NCBI GenBank assembly: GCA_963662285.2
Contig: CAXXMV010000006.1
Coordinates: 1,024,001 to 1,088,000 of the forward strand
From: a bacterium
GTDB lineage: Bacteria > Hinthialibacterota > Hinthialibacteria > Hinthialibacterales > Hinthialibacteraceae
Direction of reading: 5' to 3'
DNA length: 64,000 bases
The position numbers and the translations under genes were made by a program. This document shows, piece by piece, positions 17,686-27,696 of the stretch (within the stretch, counting starts at the first letter, position 1; the number at the start of each line of letters is the position of its first letter). Below the pieces are notes generated by a model. The model searched no databases. It was not told the DNA's origin and saw nothing but the letters and a program-made list of their open reading frames with translations.

Positions 17686-19759
17686 GTTTGCCGAACACTG
17701 GATGGAGTTCATGCTCTTCCGTTCGTTAGATTTCACCTTGGCATTTGGTTTGATCGGTTTGGTATGGTTTTTCATCAACCGGCGTGTCAGTTCCCAGTTT
17801 GGTTATTTGCTATTTCTACTTGTGATACTCAAACTGGCTATCCCCCCTCAATTCTCATTGCCGAATCATTTTTCCTCTTTGAACAACACACCTGCAAAAA
17901 TTGGGGCGCCGGTTAATTTCGAGGGTTCAATGATAGATGGAGCCGTGGATGAAACCCGCAGCGGAGACGCTGTGGTTACAAAGCCGGAATCCGAATCGAA
18001 GGCGACGCTGCCAGTTTCCATTTCGATTCCAACTTTGTTAATGGCGATATGGGCATTCGGTATTATATGTTTTGGCATACGCCTGTTTTGGATTGAATGG
18101 AAATCCCTTTTCATGATCCGCAATACCATCCCATTGGACCCAACATGTATGTCAATTGATTTACAAGACCTGCAAAAACAAACTGGAATAAGGCGGAAAG
18201 TGAGTTGGGTAACCGGTGACTGGATCAAAACGCCAATCGCATACGGTATATTTCATCCTGTTGTCGCGGTACCCAAGCGGATGAATGACCATCATTCCCG
18301 CCAACAAATTCGGTTCATCCTGTTACATGAATTGGCGCATATCCAACGCTGGGATAGTTTGGTTTCCTTTATGCAAAACATCACACGAGTGCTGTTTTTC
18401 TTTCACCCGCTGGTTTGGTGGGTCAACAACATCATCGATCAACAGCGGGAGTATGCCTGTGACGATGCCGCGTTGCGATGGAGCAAAGCATCACGAAAGG
18501 AGTGTGGTGAGGGTTTTTTGGGATTGGTGATGCAGGTGAATGAACTGCCCGCCTTTGCGCCCTCCGCACTCGGATTTGTCGACTACAAAACGTTCATTAG
18601 GAGAAGACTCATGAGAATATTAGATAAAACCAGAACCTTGAAACAATTATCATTTTCTTCTTTATCCTTATTATTGATATTATCCGCGTTTGTCTCACTG
18701 TTCGGCGTGCAAGCTATTGCCCAGGGACTGCAATGGACGGAGCTCACCTCCACCACTCAACCCCCTCCACGCGTAAGATTCAAGATGGTCTATGACAGTC
18801 AGCGGGATCGCATCGTCTTGCACGGCGGATATCGTGAAGATATAAACTCGAATGGAACGATAGAAAGAGTTACTCTGTCAGATACCTGGGAATACGATGG
18901 CAATGAATGGCAATTGGTATCTGAAGATGGCCCTCAAATTTTATCTCATGCTATGGCGTATGATCCCATCCGTGGTGAAACAGTCTTGTTCGGCGGTATG
19001 ATTTGCATCGGAAAACATAGTTATATCTGTATGAGAGAAACATGGCGGTGGGATGGAAGCAATTGGTACAGTACAATCGATACATCAGGACCAATTGAGA
19101 GGTCAGACGCCGTGATGGAATTCGACCCGGAATCACAAAGTTTGATCTTGTATGGTGGAGTTGACGGAGCGACATTTTTTGACGCCTGGAGTTGGGATGG
19201 CAATACCTGGACCCAGCTTTCCGAAGAGGGTCCTCCTATAATAACACATAGTATTACGTATGATGAGAATCGAAAAAAACTAGTATCATTAAATGAGGTT
19301 GGCGCATATTTTGACGGAGAAACGGAGTATATGGTTGCAGGATATACAAACGTTATATCGGAATGGAATAACAACCAATGGATTCAGATTGAAGATGGTT
19401 CTATTCAACCCCGACCAATACCGCCAAGAGCCGGTAGTAGTTTTATATATCTTCCATTTATCAAAAAGATATTGTGCTATGGTGGTGGAAACCTTAAAAT
19501 GCTACTTGCTCCTCAAGATGAAGTTCAGGATGATGACTTTTGGACCTGGGATGAGGAACGCTGGGAACAAATCGAACTCTCTCCCAAGCCCGTCACACGG
19601 ATGGGGCATGGCGGGGTGTATGACTCCAAACGTGACCGCTTTGTGATATTCGGCGGCGTCACAGCGCAAGATGGCCAAGCCTATTACTTGGAAGATATGT
19701 GGTCGCTTTCTCTTAACCAACAAAGTAGTATTGATGCCAGGTTCTGGCAGGAATATTAG
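17660..19759 (+). CDS. BlaR1-like M56 metallopeptidase fused to a C-terminal Kelch beta-propeller
   Basis: HELAHIQRWD, FFHPLVWW and REYACDD mark the M56 domain. Kelch repeats follow (MVYDSQRDRIVLHGG, MAYDPIRGETVLFGG, YDSKRDRFVIFGG; DTWEYDG). Confidence 0.92.
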   Translation: MVMMETLSKFAEHWMEFMLFRSLDFTLAFGLIGLVWFFINRRVSSQFGYLLFLLVILKLAIPPQFSLPNHFSSLNNTPAKIGAPVNFEGSMIDGAVDETRSGDAVVTKPESESKATLPVSISIPTLLMAIWAFGIICFGIRLFWIEWKSLFMIRNTIPLDPTCMSIDLQDLQKQTGIRRKVSWVTGDWIKTPIAYGIFHPVVAVPKRMNDHHSRQQIRFILLHELAHIQRWDSLVSFMQNITRVLFFFHPLVWWVNNIIDQQREYACDDAALRWSKASRKECGEGFLGLVMQVNELPAFAPSALGFVDYKTFIRRRLMRILDKTRTLKQLSFSSLSLLLILSAFVSLFGVQAIAQGLQWTELTSTTQPPPRVRFKMVYDSQRDRIVLHGGYREDINSNGTIERVTLSDTWEYDGNEWQLVSEDGPQILSHAMAYDPIRGETVLFGGMICIGKHSYICMRETWRWDGSNWYSTIDTSGPIERSDAVMEFDPESQSLILYGGVDGATFFDAWSWDGNTWTQLSEEGPPIITHSITYDENRKKLVSLNEVGAYFDGETEYMVAGYTNVISEWNNNQWIQIEDGSIQPRPIPPRAGSSFIYLPFIKKILCYGGGNLKMLLAPQDEVQDDDFWTWDEERWEQIELSPKPVTRMGHGGVYDSKRDRFVIFGGVTAQDGQAYYLEDMWSLSLNQQSSIDARFWQEY

Positions 19760-19788
19760 CCATTAGACACTGTAATCTATTCAGTAAC

Positions 19789-19866
19789 GTAGAGTGGGGC
19801 GCGCTTTTTAATCCACCGAATCGATTAGTAATTATCGGTGGATCATAAAAAGCAGCCCCACTCTAC
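19789..19866. repeat. 78-bp GTAG-type long hairpin repeat, copy 1
   Basis: gtagagtggggc..gcttttta.atccaccga-loop-tcggtggat..taaaaagc.gccccactctac. Close copy at 23286-23361. Confidence 0.85.
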
Positions 19867-19870
19867 TTGG

Positions 19871-20063
19871 TTAATGAATCCGGTTGTTTATCCATAGTTC
19901 GATGGGTTGGAAATCAGAACTCCAATTTGCTCCCATTAGATCGATATCCCCATCGACATCGGCGGTTTGCAACCCATGAATGACGCATTCGATTTTGGGT
20001 ATGATAATGTGTTCCGTCCAGGCGTTTTTTTTGCCTGCTTGGTAACTTCATACCATGAGAAAT
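19871..20063 (-). pseudogene. Decayed fragment of the 3' end of the FG-GAP gene (23366-24520)
   Basis: Matches about 23366-23445 joined to about 23604-23721. One FG-GAP repeat is deleted in frame (LQTADVDGD|IDLMG), a 1-nt deletion in a T run causes a frameshift, and there is no start codon. Confidence 0.85.
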
Positions 20064-20118
20064 AACACGGTTTCTATAGTGGCTAAGGAATATAACCGAA
20101 TTTTTTCATAGTTATATC

Positions 20119-23100
20119 TCACTTTACTAGAATGGTTGCAATCTCCCACGGCTTGAGGTTGATCTGCACAGCATTGTCCAGAACGGATAGTTCATTCAAC
20201 ACATCTTCTACGCCATTGCAAAGAAATGAGGAATGGATGGTCGCCAAAGCAGGTGCGTGTAATACAGCCTCTGTTGTTTGCCCGTTCATTTCACGCAGCC
20301 GGACAATATATCCATCTTCATACTCAGCGCGTTTGAATCCGCTGATAACCACCGAACCGGGTTTGACTGAAATCATTGAATCCACTGCATTGCGTTCAGC
20401 GTTGGTCCAATTACGCCCGAATTGTAATGCTTCGGAATTTGAAATACTTTGACTGGAAGTCAATGCAAATCTAAATGTATACTTGCCCGCTTGACCCGCC
20501 CGGTAGTTGGTGAACCAATAATTATTCATCGGGTAGGCGAAAACATGTCCGTTGCGAATGGGTAGTTCCTCCAACCATTTGTTGGAATTGATATCCTGCA
20601 AGTTAATCAAGGGCGCGTCGTAGGTTACGAACAGGGCATCATAACCGTCGTTGCGAACGCGCAACCAGTTTTGTAGTGTAAACCAATCTTTGCATGAGCC
20701 AGGAAGCCAATCGCGTCCCGCCCGGACTACTGCGTTTGCCACCGCATAATCAATCTGAGGATTAACGCCTGCTAGAGGAAACGCGATATAGACGCCCTCT
20801 TTTTCGGTAGTGTATTTCTTCTGTATGTCATATTTAAATGCAATCGCTTTGCGTGCATCGTCGAAGTTTAAAGTCAATTTAATTTCAGGAAAAAGTTCAT
20901 GCGACCAATAGAGAACAACGCCATTTCTACTATTTTCGATTCCCTCGAACTTGGGGACCGAAAATTCGTAAGGCGGTTGTTCGTTCCGCGCATAGATCAA
21001 TTGACCAAGTAAATAGGTCGATTGGGAATCAATAAGTTCCTGATTGGTCTCTTTATCGATAATGTTTTTGATTCCCCCTTGTTCAAGGTCGAAGGTAATA
21101 TCATACCGCGCTCCCACCAAACGCTCGCCTTGTAATGACCACTCAGGCTTTGTTCTTTCATCAATGGGGATATGTTGACGTGCGATGTTGAGCAGAGGCT
21201 CAATTTTTTGTTGCGCGCGAAGCGCAAACTCTGATTTGATGCGATACTGTTCCAGCACTTCGGGCAGGTTTGGTTGGCTGACAGAATTGTGAGCGCCCCA
21301 GGTATGCTCGTTATAAAGCATGATGTTATGCCATATATCGGCAAATAATTTTCTGAAATCTTCTTGAATAATACCTTTCGCGTGTAAACCGGTTATCAGC
21401 ATCTCCGCCAAAAGTGCATTTTGCTGATTCTGTCGATTTATCGTCGTTTCACGTGCGGTTGAACCGGCGCCATCTTCCCAATACGGCCCTCCGTCACCCC
21501 TTGCTACCTTGAGGTTTTCTCCGTATTTTTCTTCAAACGAAGAAAACCATTCGGTGTTGGTCGTGAAGACGATTTTCGGGTATTCGTATTTCTTATTCCA
21601 GGCGCGAACCGTAATGGGCAACTGCTCCGTTAAACTGCGATTGTCTCCATAGGCGCCGTGGATATGGATTGCATCGTAGGGATAATCTTCTCGTTCATAC
21701 GAACGCAGCAAGTCAGGGATGCGTTGTTCCGCAGTTGAAAGGGATGAACCTTTTTGGCCGTCTGCCGACCAGGCATCTGTTAGTCCTATGGCGCCCGCTC
21801 CTGCGTAATGGTCATGGAAATAGGCCAGTATTTTTGAGCCGTCAGGTCCCTCCCACCATGTCGGCGATTGCTTATAGAGTCCTCCCCTAAGCAATGGCGC
21901 CCGGGTGGTATTGATCCCCATGCTGAGATATTTAACGCCGCTTGATCGCAGCACAGTGGGAAGCGACCAGATATGAGAGGGTGCGTCTGTTAACGTCGCG
22001 CTGCCAAAAATGAAATCATGCTCTTTGCTCAATTGTTTAGAATAATATAGAGAACGGAATGACTCTTCATCGCTCAAAAGTCCTGTCAGCAAGTTGCTGT
22101 AGATTGCTTCCACTTCGATTTTTCCTTCACGAGCCTTGTTGAAGAAATATTCGATCAGTTCAGGCGCACGTGATTTGATCCAACCTTCCATGACATAGGT
22201 AGACTCTATGCTCCAGACGAATTCAGGATACTTGTCAATAAACTCCAATGCCATGTCGTTGCTTTTACGATGAACCTCCATCGCTTCGTCCTGAAGGTGC
22301 GTGTAGCCAATATCGACATGCGCCTGCGGAACTACCGATATAGTCCATTTGCGTGAAGGAGTGACGGGGAACTCTCCAGTAAAGATCACATCCTTCTTGT
22401 GTAAAATCTCGATTTTTACATGGTCTTCCTGCTGGATTTCCGGAATCGTGATATCCCGCTTGTTGGCTCCTAGCGCAGTTACTTTGAATGGATGCGTAAA
22501 GGTCTCTCCGTTCATATGTATACGCGTCTTCAGTTCTTTTAAGAGCCGGGTTGTCACAAACGAAAGCCTGGCTTTTTGTTTGAGCGAACCTTTTGTTTTA
22601 ACAAATAGCGGCAGAGATTCAAACTCGACAGACTGTAATGCCAAAGCATCTGGTTGCGCTTCTGCAGTATGAACAAGCCGTATCGAATCCCAGAGTAACC
22701 AACAACTCATTGATTCAAAAGCTATACTATTTTCCCCTCGGCGCAGGTCTTTCGCAAACAGAGGCATGTCAATTTGAAAAGGCTTCCCCAGCGCAAAATC
22801 AAGATAACCATTCATGTGACCACCAGAAGGAAAGCCAATTGGAGACCTTGCTCCATTGATATCAACAAACATGCCCTGTGGTTGATTGGGGTGATAACCG
22901 ACCAAACGAATTTGTAGAAGGTAGACGCCTTCGGGTTCAGGATCGCATTCAAACTCAATGACAAACTTATTTTTACGAGAACCGCCCCAACTATCCCCGG
23001 GTCCGGGCTGCATCCCGCTCCACCCGGTATCAGGTGAGGAAGAACCAACCCGATAGCAAACGTCATTTGGGAATGTTTTCAGGTACGCATTGGGTTCTTT

Positions 23101-23232
23101 CGCAATTGCGAATTCTGCATTGCTGCCATCTTCTTCCCCGATCATCCAGATTATTTCTTCGCTGAATGTCGACATGGAATGACATGAAAAAAAGAGCACG
23201 GCGCCTAGTAAAATTCTTGTTTGGTTCGTCAT
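20119..23232 (-). CDS. Secreted glycoside hydrolase family 38-like (alpha-mannosidase-type) with an N-terminal PL4 domain III/CBM-like module
   Basis: AHVDIGYT, LYNEHTWG, YWEDGAGS and KRAE...YIVRLRE...LKPWEIAT. N-terminal IWMIGEEDGSNAEF...WDSIRL module and a signal peptide. Confidence 0.85.
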   Translation of the reverse strand: MTNQTRILLGAVLFFSCHSMSTFSEEIIWMIGEEDGSNAEFAIAKEPNAYLKTFPNDVCYRVGSSSPDTGWSGMQPGPGDSWGGSRKNKFVIEFECDPEPEGVYLLQIRLVGYHPNQPQGMFVDINGARSPIGFPSGGHMNGYLDFALGKPFQIDMPLFAKDLRRGENSIAFESMSCWLLWDSIRLVHTAEAQPDALALQSVEFESLPLFVKTKGSLKQKARLSFVTTRLLKELKTRIHMNGETFTHPFKVTALGANKRDITIPEIQQEDHVKIEILHKKDVIFTGEFPVTPSRKWTISVVPQAHVDIGYTHLQDEAMEVHRKSNDMALEFIDKYPEFVWSIESTYVMEGWIKSRAPELIEYFFNKAREGKIEVEAIYSNLLTGLLSDEESFRSLYYSKQLSKEHDFIFGSATLTDAPSHIWSLPTVLRSSGVKYLSMGINTTRAPLLRGGLYKQSPTWWEGPDGSKILAYFHDHYAGAGAIGLTDAWSADGQKGSSLSTAEQRIPDLLRSYEREDYPYDAIHIHGAYGDNRSLTEQLPITVRAWNKKYEYPKIVFTTNTEWFSSFEEKYGENLKVARGDGGPYWEDGAGSTARETTINRQNQQNALLAEMLITGLHAKGIIQEDFRKLFADIWHNIMLYNEHTWGAHNSVSQPNLPEVLEQYRIKSEFALRAQQKIEPLLNIARQHIPIDERTKPEWSLQGERLVGARYDITFDLEQGGIKNIIDKETNQELIDSQSTYLLGQLIYARNEQPPYEFSVPKFEGIENSRNGVVLYWSHELFPEIKLTLNFDDARKAIAFKYDIQKKYTTEKEGVYIAFPLAGVNPQIDYAVANAVVRAGRDWLPGSCKDWFTLQNWLRVRNDGYDALFVTYDAPLINLQDINSNKWLEELPIRNGHVFAYPMNNYWFTNYRAGQAGKYTFRFALTSSQSISNSEALQFGRNWTNAERNAVDSMISVKPGSVVISGFKRAEYEDGYIVRLREMNGQTTEAVLHAPALATIHSSFLCNGVEDVLNELSVLDNAVQINLKPWEIATILVK

Positions 23233-23285
23233 ATTGAATATCCCTAAATCGAATGTTTTTTAGTTCCTCGTAAAAATCAGGTACC

Positions 23286-23361
23286 GTAAGGTGGGCGTGC
23301 TTTTTGATCCACCAATCGATTAGTAATTATCGGTGGATCATAAAAAGCAACCCCACTCTAC
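23286..23361. repeat. GTAG-type long hairpin repeat, copy 2
   Basis: gtaaggtgggcgtgctttttgatccacc-loop-ggtggatcataaaaagcaaccccactctac. Confidence 0.85.
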
Positions 23362-23365
23362 TTGG

Positions 23366-24520
23366 TTAACGAATCCGGTTGTTTATCCATAATTCGATGG
23401 GTTGGAAATCTGAACTCCAATTGGCGCCCATTAGATCGATGTCTCCGTCGCCATCAATATCAGCGGCTTGGATGTAGTGTGAGCCTTTGGTTGATATTAC
23501 TTGTTTTTGCCATATTTGGCCGTTGGATTTATTGAATAATACGGCCACTTCGTCTGGATCTTCTCCCTGGTGCATTTCTGAGTAGATCACATCCATCGAA
23601 CCATCCCCATCGACATCGGCGGTTTGCAACCCATGAATCACGCATTCGATTTTGGGTATGATAATGTGTTCCTTCCAGGTGTCTTGTTTTGCCTGCTTGG
23701 GAACCTCATACCACGAGAAATGGTAGTATTGCGTCTTCAGTTCTGAAGGCGACAGCACAACATCAAGCCGACCATCAGCATTGATATCAGCGCAATCTAC
23801 TGTTGAATTGGGGTGATATTCGGCATATTCGTGCGATATCCATTTACCTGTTTTGCTGTCGGAATTCTCAAACCATAAACCATTGATAATCACATCTAAA
23901 TCATTATCCCTATCGATATCAGCCAGTTCGATCCCTTCGCCATCCGGGCATTTTAGAACCTGTTCTCTCCATCGGTCAGGAGCTTCCTGATACCAGAGAT
24001 GTATGGTTTTGCCCAAGGGAGCGCCGAAAGCGGATTGATTACGGGTGGCGATATCCAAATCTCCATCGCCATCCAGATCGCCCAGTTCCACATCATGGGT
24101 GGGATGATCCGCAATTTGATGTATCTTCCATGAAGGCGTTTGTTTGATGGTTTTGCCGGGATTTTCATACCAGAACAGGCCGCCGATGACAATATCCAGG
24201 TCGCCGTCGTTGTCGATATCGCCCGCTTCGGCGTCGACAGTATTATAACCTCCATCGACGATGGGGAATTTTTTCCAATCGGGATAGCAATACCAAACCA
24301 ATGGACCTTTTTGACCTGCTATTATAATGTCTAGTTTTCCATCTCCATTGAGATCAGCCAATAGCTTAGCCCAGGGATTCAGTGGGCCTTTTGCATCTAC
24401 CACAATACGCTCGAAAGGAACCATAGCCTTTGATTCTTCGGTATTTGCTATAAGGCCTGAGGTGAACAACGAAATAATAATTGCCCAATACATTGATTTT
24501 ACAATGGTTATATTTTTCAT
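23366..24520 (-). CDS. Secreted FG-GAP/VCBS repeat beta-propeller protein
   Basis: Seven DxNGDGxxD / DxDxDGDxD repeats and a signal peptide. Confidence 0.9.
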   Translation of the reverse strand: MKNITIVKSMYWAIIISLFTSGLIANTEESKAMVPFERIVVDAKGPLNPWAKLLADLNGDGKLDIIIAGQKGPLVWYCYPDWKKFPIVDGGYNTVDAEAGDIDNDGDLDIVIGGLFWYENPGKTIKQTPSWKIHQIADHPTHDVELGDLDGDGDLDIATRNQSAFGAPLGKTIHLWYQEAPDRWREQVLKCPDGEGIELADIDRDNDLDVIINGLWFENSDSKTGKWISHEYAEYHPNSTVDCADINADGRLDVVLSPSELKTQYYHFSWYEVPKQAKQDTWKEHIIIPKIECVIHGLQTADVDGDGSMDVIYSEMHQGEDPDEVAVLFNKSNGQIWQKQVISTKGSHYIQAADIDGDGDIDLMGANWSSDFQPIELWINNRIR

Positions 24521-24559
24521 GAAATTCGTGAAAACTCACTTTTTTGATTAATAAATCAA

Positions 24560-25675
24560 TTATTTCTCATAAAACCACTTAATTGGAATGGATCTGAATA
24601 CCAGATCGGTTTTGGCGAAATTGGGATTGCCCTTTTTCCAATGGTAATAGGTCAGTAAAACATTCTCACCGGATAAAGAGATGCTGGTGTAGGCGTATCC
24701 GCTATCGGGGTCATTTTCTATATTTTTGAAATTCCGCCAGGTTTTCCCGCCGTCGCTGCTGATGGCGGATGTCAGGGGGGTGCGTTTTTGCCAATTGGCT
24801 TTGTTTCCCAGGGGATTATTGTTCCAGATAATTAAAATATCGGAACTATCCGGCACTCTTATTGTGGTTGCTGGAGAGGCTGGCGAGACCAATGTCATTG
24901 GAGTTGCTTCTGTCCAGTTGTTTCCCCGGTCATAACTGAAACTCTGATATACGAAACCCAGACTGGTTCTGATATTCATCAAGACGGAGCCATCGGCGCG
25001 TTGCACAAGACCGGGTTCCATTACGGGCGAATCATCAAAACTAACCTGTCCATTTCCCTTAAACCAGGTTTTACCTTCATCATCCGAGATATAGCAGAAA
25101 CCTACCTGATTCTTGCTCTCTTTGCTGATATCCGGACAGTAGGCGATTGGCGCCAGGATGCGCCCTTTTTTCAGTTGAATAGCGCGGGCGTTATTCATGA
25201 TGAAATAACCCATGCCTTGGGTGATGCGCAGAGGCTTAGACCAGGTTTTGGCCTCATCAGCGCTTTCTCGGACGAATAGTTGCAGGTCGTTTGAAGCGTT
25301 TTTCTGTAAGAAGAAAAAGAGAATTTTGCCGGAGCGCAACCTCAGAAATGAGATGCTCATGACATTTTGCTTGCCGATGTTCTCTTGGATAATAAACTCT
25401 TCGCCCCAGGTTAGGCCTTTATCGTTGCTGAATTTAGCTGCAATATCAGCGGTGGCGTGGTCGGATCTGCCGACGAACTTGCTCCAGGCCAGCAGCAACC
25501 TTCCATCCTTCAGTTCAATTATATCACCTTCGCTATTGCGCAGGTTCTCGTCAGAACTAGGGCAAACTACGCTGCGGAATGGCTCGTTGGAAGATGCATC
25601 CGCCATGCAATTCATTATAAAACCAAAGGTTAGCATGGATAGCAATAAAACATTTATATACTTGCGGGAACTCAT
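24560..25675 (-). CDS. Sialidase family (BNR/Asp-box) protein
   Basis: Asp-boxes SNDKGLTW, SADEAKTW, SDDEGKTW, SYDRGNNW and SSDGGKTW, plus RTPL and YAYTS. Signal peptide present. Confidence 0.9.
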   Translation of the reverse strand: MSSRKYINVLLLSMLTFGFIMNCMADASSNEPFRSVVCPSSDENLRNSEGDIIELKDGRLLLAWSKFVGRSDHATADIAAKFSNDKGLTWGEEFIIQENIGKQNVMSISFLRLRSGKILFFFLQKNASNDLQLFVRESADEAKTWSKPLRITQGMGYFIMNNARAIQLKKGRILAPIAYCPDISKESKNQVGFCYISDDEGKTWFKGNGQVSFDDSPVMEPGLVQRADGSVLMNIRTSLGFVYQSFSYDRGNNWTEATPMTLVSPASPATTIRVPDSSDILIIWNNNPLGNKANWQKRTPLTSAISSDGGKTWRNFKNIENDPDSGYAYTSISLSGENVLLTYYHWKKGNPNFAKTDLVFRSIPIKWFYEK

Positions 25676-25736
25676 TTTTTATACAATTCTCCTTAACGTT
25701 GTTATATCTAAGTTGTTTATAATTAAATATATACAA

Positions 25737-26276
25737 TCATGGCCCCCAGATATCAATATCTCCCAGGCTGATCAAACCGTTGGTCATATCGTAGGGGAAG
25801 CCATAATCCAGCACTTTGTTAGGACCATAGGAACGGATATGCCAGGCTAGCCCGCCTGGAACCGATAAATTAATATTAGCCGATGTCTGACGGTCGCCCA
25901 GAGAGGAGTGATAGTCGGACCTGAACCAGGCTTCTTCTGATTCACGTTCGACATAATGGAAATACATATAGCGGTTAGCTCCATCAGTAGATGTAGCGAA
26001 AATGTCATAAGGTAATGTCGTGATATATGCAAAGGGCGAAGTTAACCTTTGTAATCTAGGGTAAGCCCAGTTGCTGGGAGGATAATGATTGTTGTCAAGC
26101 CGGTATTGCTCCAGCGCATTGCCCTGCGCTTTGATGTCGCCATAGATTCGAGCCACTTTGGCGCGGGTTTGAGCGTTGAGAAAGTTAGGAACAGCGATGG
26201 CGGCCAGAATCCCGATGATGGCGACCACAATCAGAAGTTCGATCAAGGTAAAAGATTTTTTCTTAGCGTGAGTCAT
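25737..26276 (-). CDS. Prepilin-type N-terminal cleavage/methylation (GspG-like pseudopilin) protein
   Basis: KKS|FTLIELLIVVAIIGILAAIAVPNFL, ALEQYRLDNNHYP, and C-terminal SYGPN...PYDMTNGLISLGDI. Confidence 0.92.
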   Translation of the reverse strand: MTHAKKKSFTLIELLIVVAIIGILAAIAVPNFLNAQTRAKVARIYGDIKAQGNALEQYRLDNNHYPPSNWAYPRLQRLTSPFAYITTLPYDIFATSTDGANRYMYFHYVERESEEAWFRSDYHSSLGDRQTSANINLSVPGGLAWHIRSYGPNKVLDYGFPYDMTNGLISLGDIDIWGP

Positions 26277-26427
26277 TATTACTACCTCCGGTCAAATAAT
26301 ATTAAAATAACAAAATTATGATTCAATACGAATTTGAGTATTTTGAAAAATTTAGTCAATTTCTTGTCTGAATCATGATACCCTGGATTAGCAGGATATA
26401 CAGGATTTTTTATCGTCAGTATTCTTT

Positions 26428-27525
26428 CTATTTTAATGGATTAAACCATAAATCAATGGGTTTTTTGACGCCTTGCGGTTTGAATGGCAGGGCGATTTTT
26501 TGGCCTAGTCCTGCTGATTGATAACCAGCCAATATCGCTTCCATTACTACCCGGCCATCTTCTCCAGTGGCTTTTGGTTCTTCTTTTCCCCTGACGCACC
26601 GGGCGAAATGATGAAATTCCTGGGGAAATCCATAATTCCATAGTTCTTCAAAAACCGGCCAAGTCCAGCCTTTGGTGGTCGGGGCTTTCTCAACTGCATA
26701 GCCGAAGCCGTATTCACTATAGGTTGGTAGAGCGTTGCCCATGTGCAGATCAGCGTAAGTCACGCCGCCTTCTCCATATACCTCGATGCGGTCTTCCATA
26801 CCTCCCCTACGCGCCCAGCTGTTTTCTACGAAACCAACTGCATTGTTTTCAAATTCGATAATGCATAGGGCGTTATCATCTGCTTTGGTAAGTTCTTTGT
26901 GGACATAAGTCCCCATTTGGCAGAGAACGTTCTTTATTTTAGGACGATCCAGGAACCAATAGCAGAAGGCGATGCCATGACATCCCAAGTCAAAAAATGA
27001 TCCGCCGCCTGATTTATCTATATCCCAGAACCAAGGCGCATGGGGTCCGAAGTGCTTTTCGCATTGTTTGATCATATAAAGTTTGCCGAAGGCGCCCTGA
27101 TCGGCCATTTCCTTGGCTTTGACGTATTTGGGAGTGAAGAACAGTTCTTCAGCGTACATTAAGAGAACGCCTTGCTTCTGGCAGACGTCTATCATCTCAT
27201 CGGCTTCTTCAAGCGTCATGCACAGCGGCTTCTCGCAAACAACGTGTTTTCCTGCGTTGGCGCAATCAATGGTCATTTGGGCGTGAAGAACGTTAGGGGC
27301 GGAGATGGTGACCATCTCAATATCTTTTTCTCTGAGCATGTCGCGGTAATCGTGAAATACTCGTGGTATTTTATAGCGCTCAGCCAGTTTTTCAGCATTA
27401 CCCGGAGTTGGCGAGGCGACAGCGACAACCTCTGCTTCTTCGGGCATTAATTGGAATGATGCGGCATGGATATCAGCTTGGAATTGAGAACCTATGATTC
27501 CAACTTTAACCTTTCCAATAGGCAT
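26428..27525 (-). CDS. Gfo/Idh/MocA family oxidoreductase (cytoplasmic)
   Basis: VGIIGS, GKHVVCEKP and GGGSFFDLGCH. Confidence 0.92.
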   Translation of the reverse strand: MPIGKVKVGIIGSQFQADIHAASFQLMPEEAEVVAVASPTPGNAEKLAERYKIPRVFHDYRDMLREKDIEMVTISAPNVLHAQMTIDCANAGKHVVCEKPLCMTLEEADEMIDVCQKQGVLLMYAEELFFTPKYVKAKEMADQGAFGKLYMIKQCEKHFGPHAPWFWDIDKSGGGSFFDLGCHGIAFCYWFLDRPKIKNVLCQMGTYVHKELTKADDNALCIIEFENNAVGFVENSWARRGGMEDRIEVYGEGGVTYADLHMGNALPTYSEYGFGYAVEKAPTTKGWTWPVFEELWNYGFPQEFHHFARCVRGKEEPKATGEDGRVVMEAILAGYQSAGLGQKIALPFKPQGVKKPIDLWFNPLK

Positions 27526-27696
27526 GATAACTCTCCATTAACAATAACATTAGATTAATTGTTGAGATAATCTAAGACAATAATATTGCTATGATCCCAT
27601 AAATATGTAAATATAGTCTAGGTTAGTGAGGTTGCTTTACATGAATCCATTCCATTTTTAAAATAGATGCCTGTCAGAAAAATAAGGATAATAATT

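Noticed and set aside
19789-19866. Hairpin as an integron attC site or CRISPR repeat
   Set aside because: Only two copies, belonging to a larger duplication. The ends are GTAG/CTAC rather than RYYYAAC/GTTRRRY, and there is no integron integrase.
24560-24600. Sialidase C-terminus (SIPIKWFYEK) as a fourth instance of the Wxx[FY] tail
   Set aside because: Spacing is wrong (W-F-Y-E-K, not terminal), and this ending is the normal last strand of BNR sialidase-like proteins.
26383-26410. Short ggatta-gcaggatatacaggat repeat
   Set aside because: Too short and degenerate to support a call, and no associated gene.
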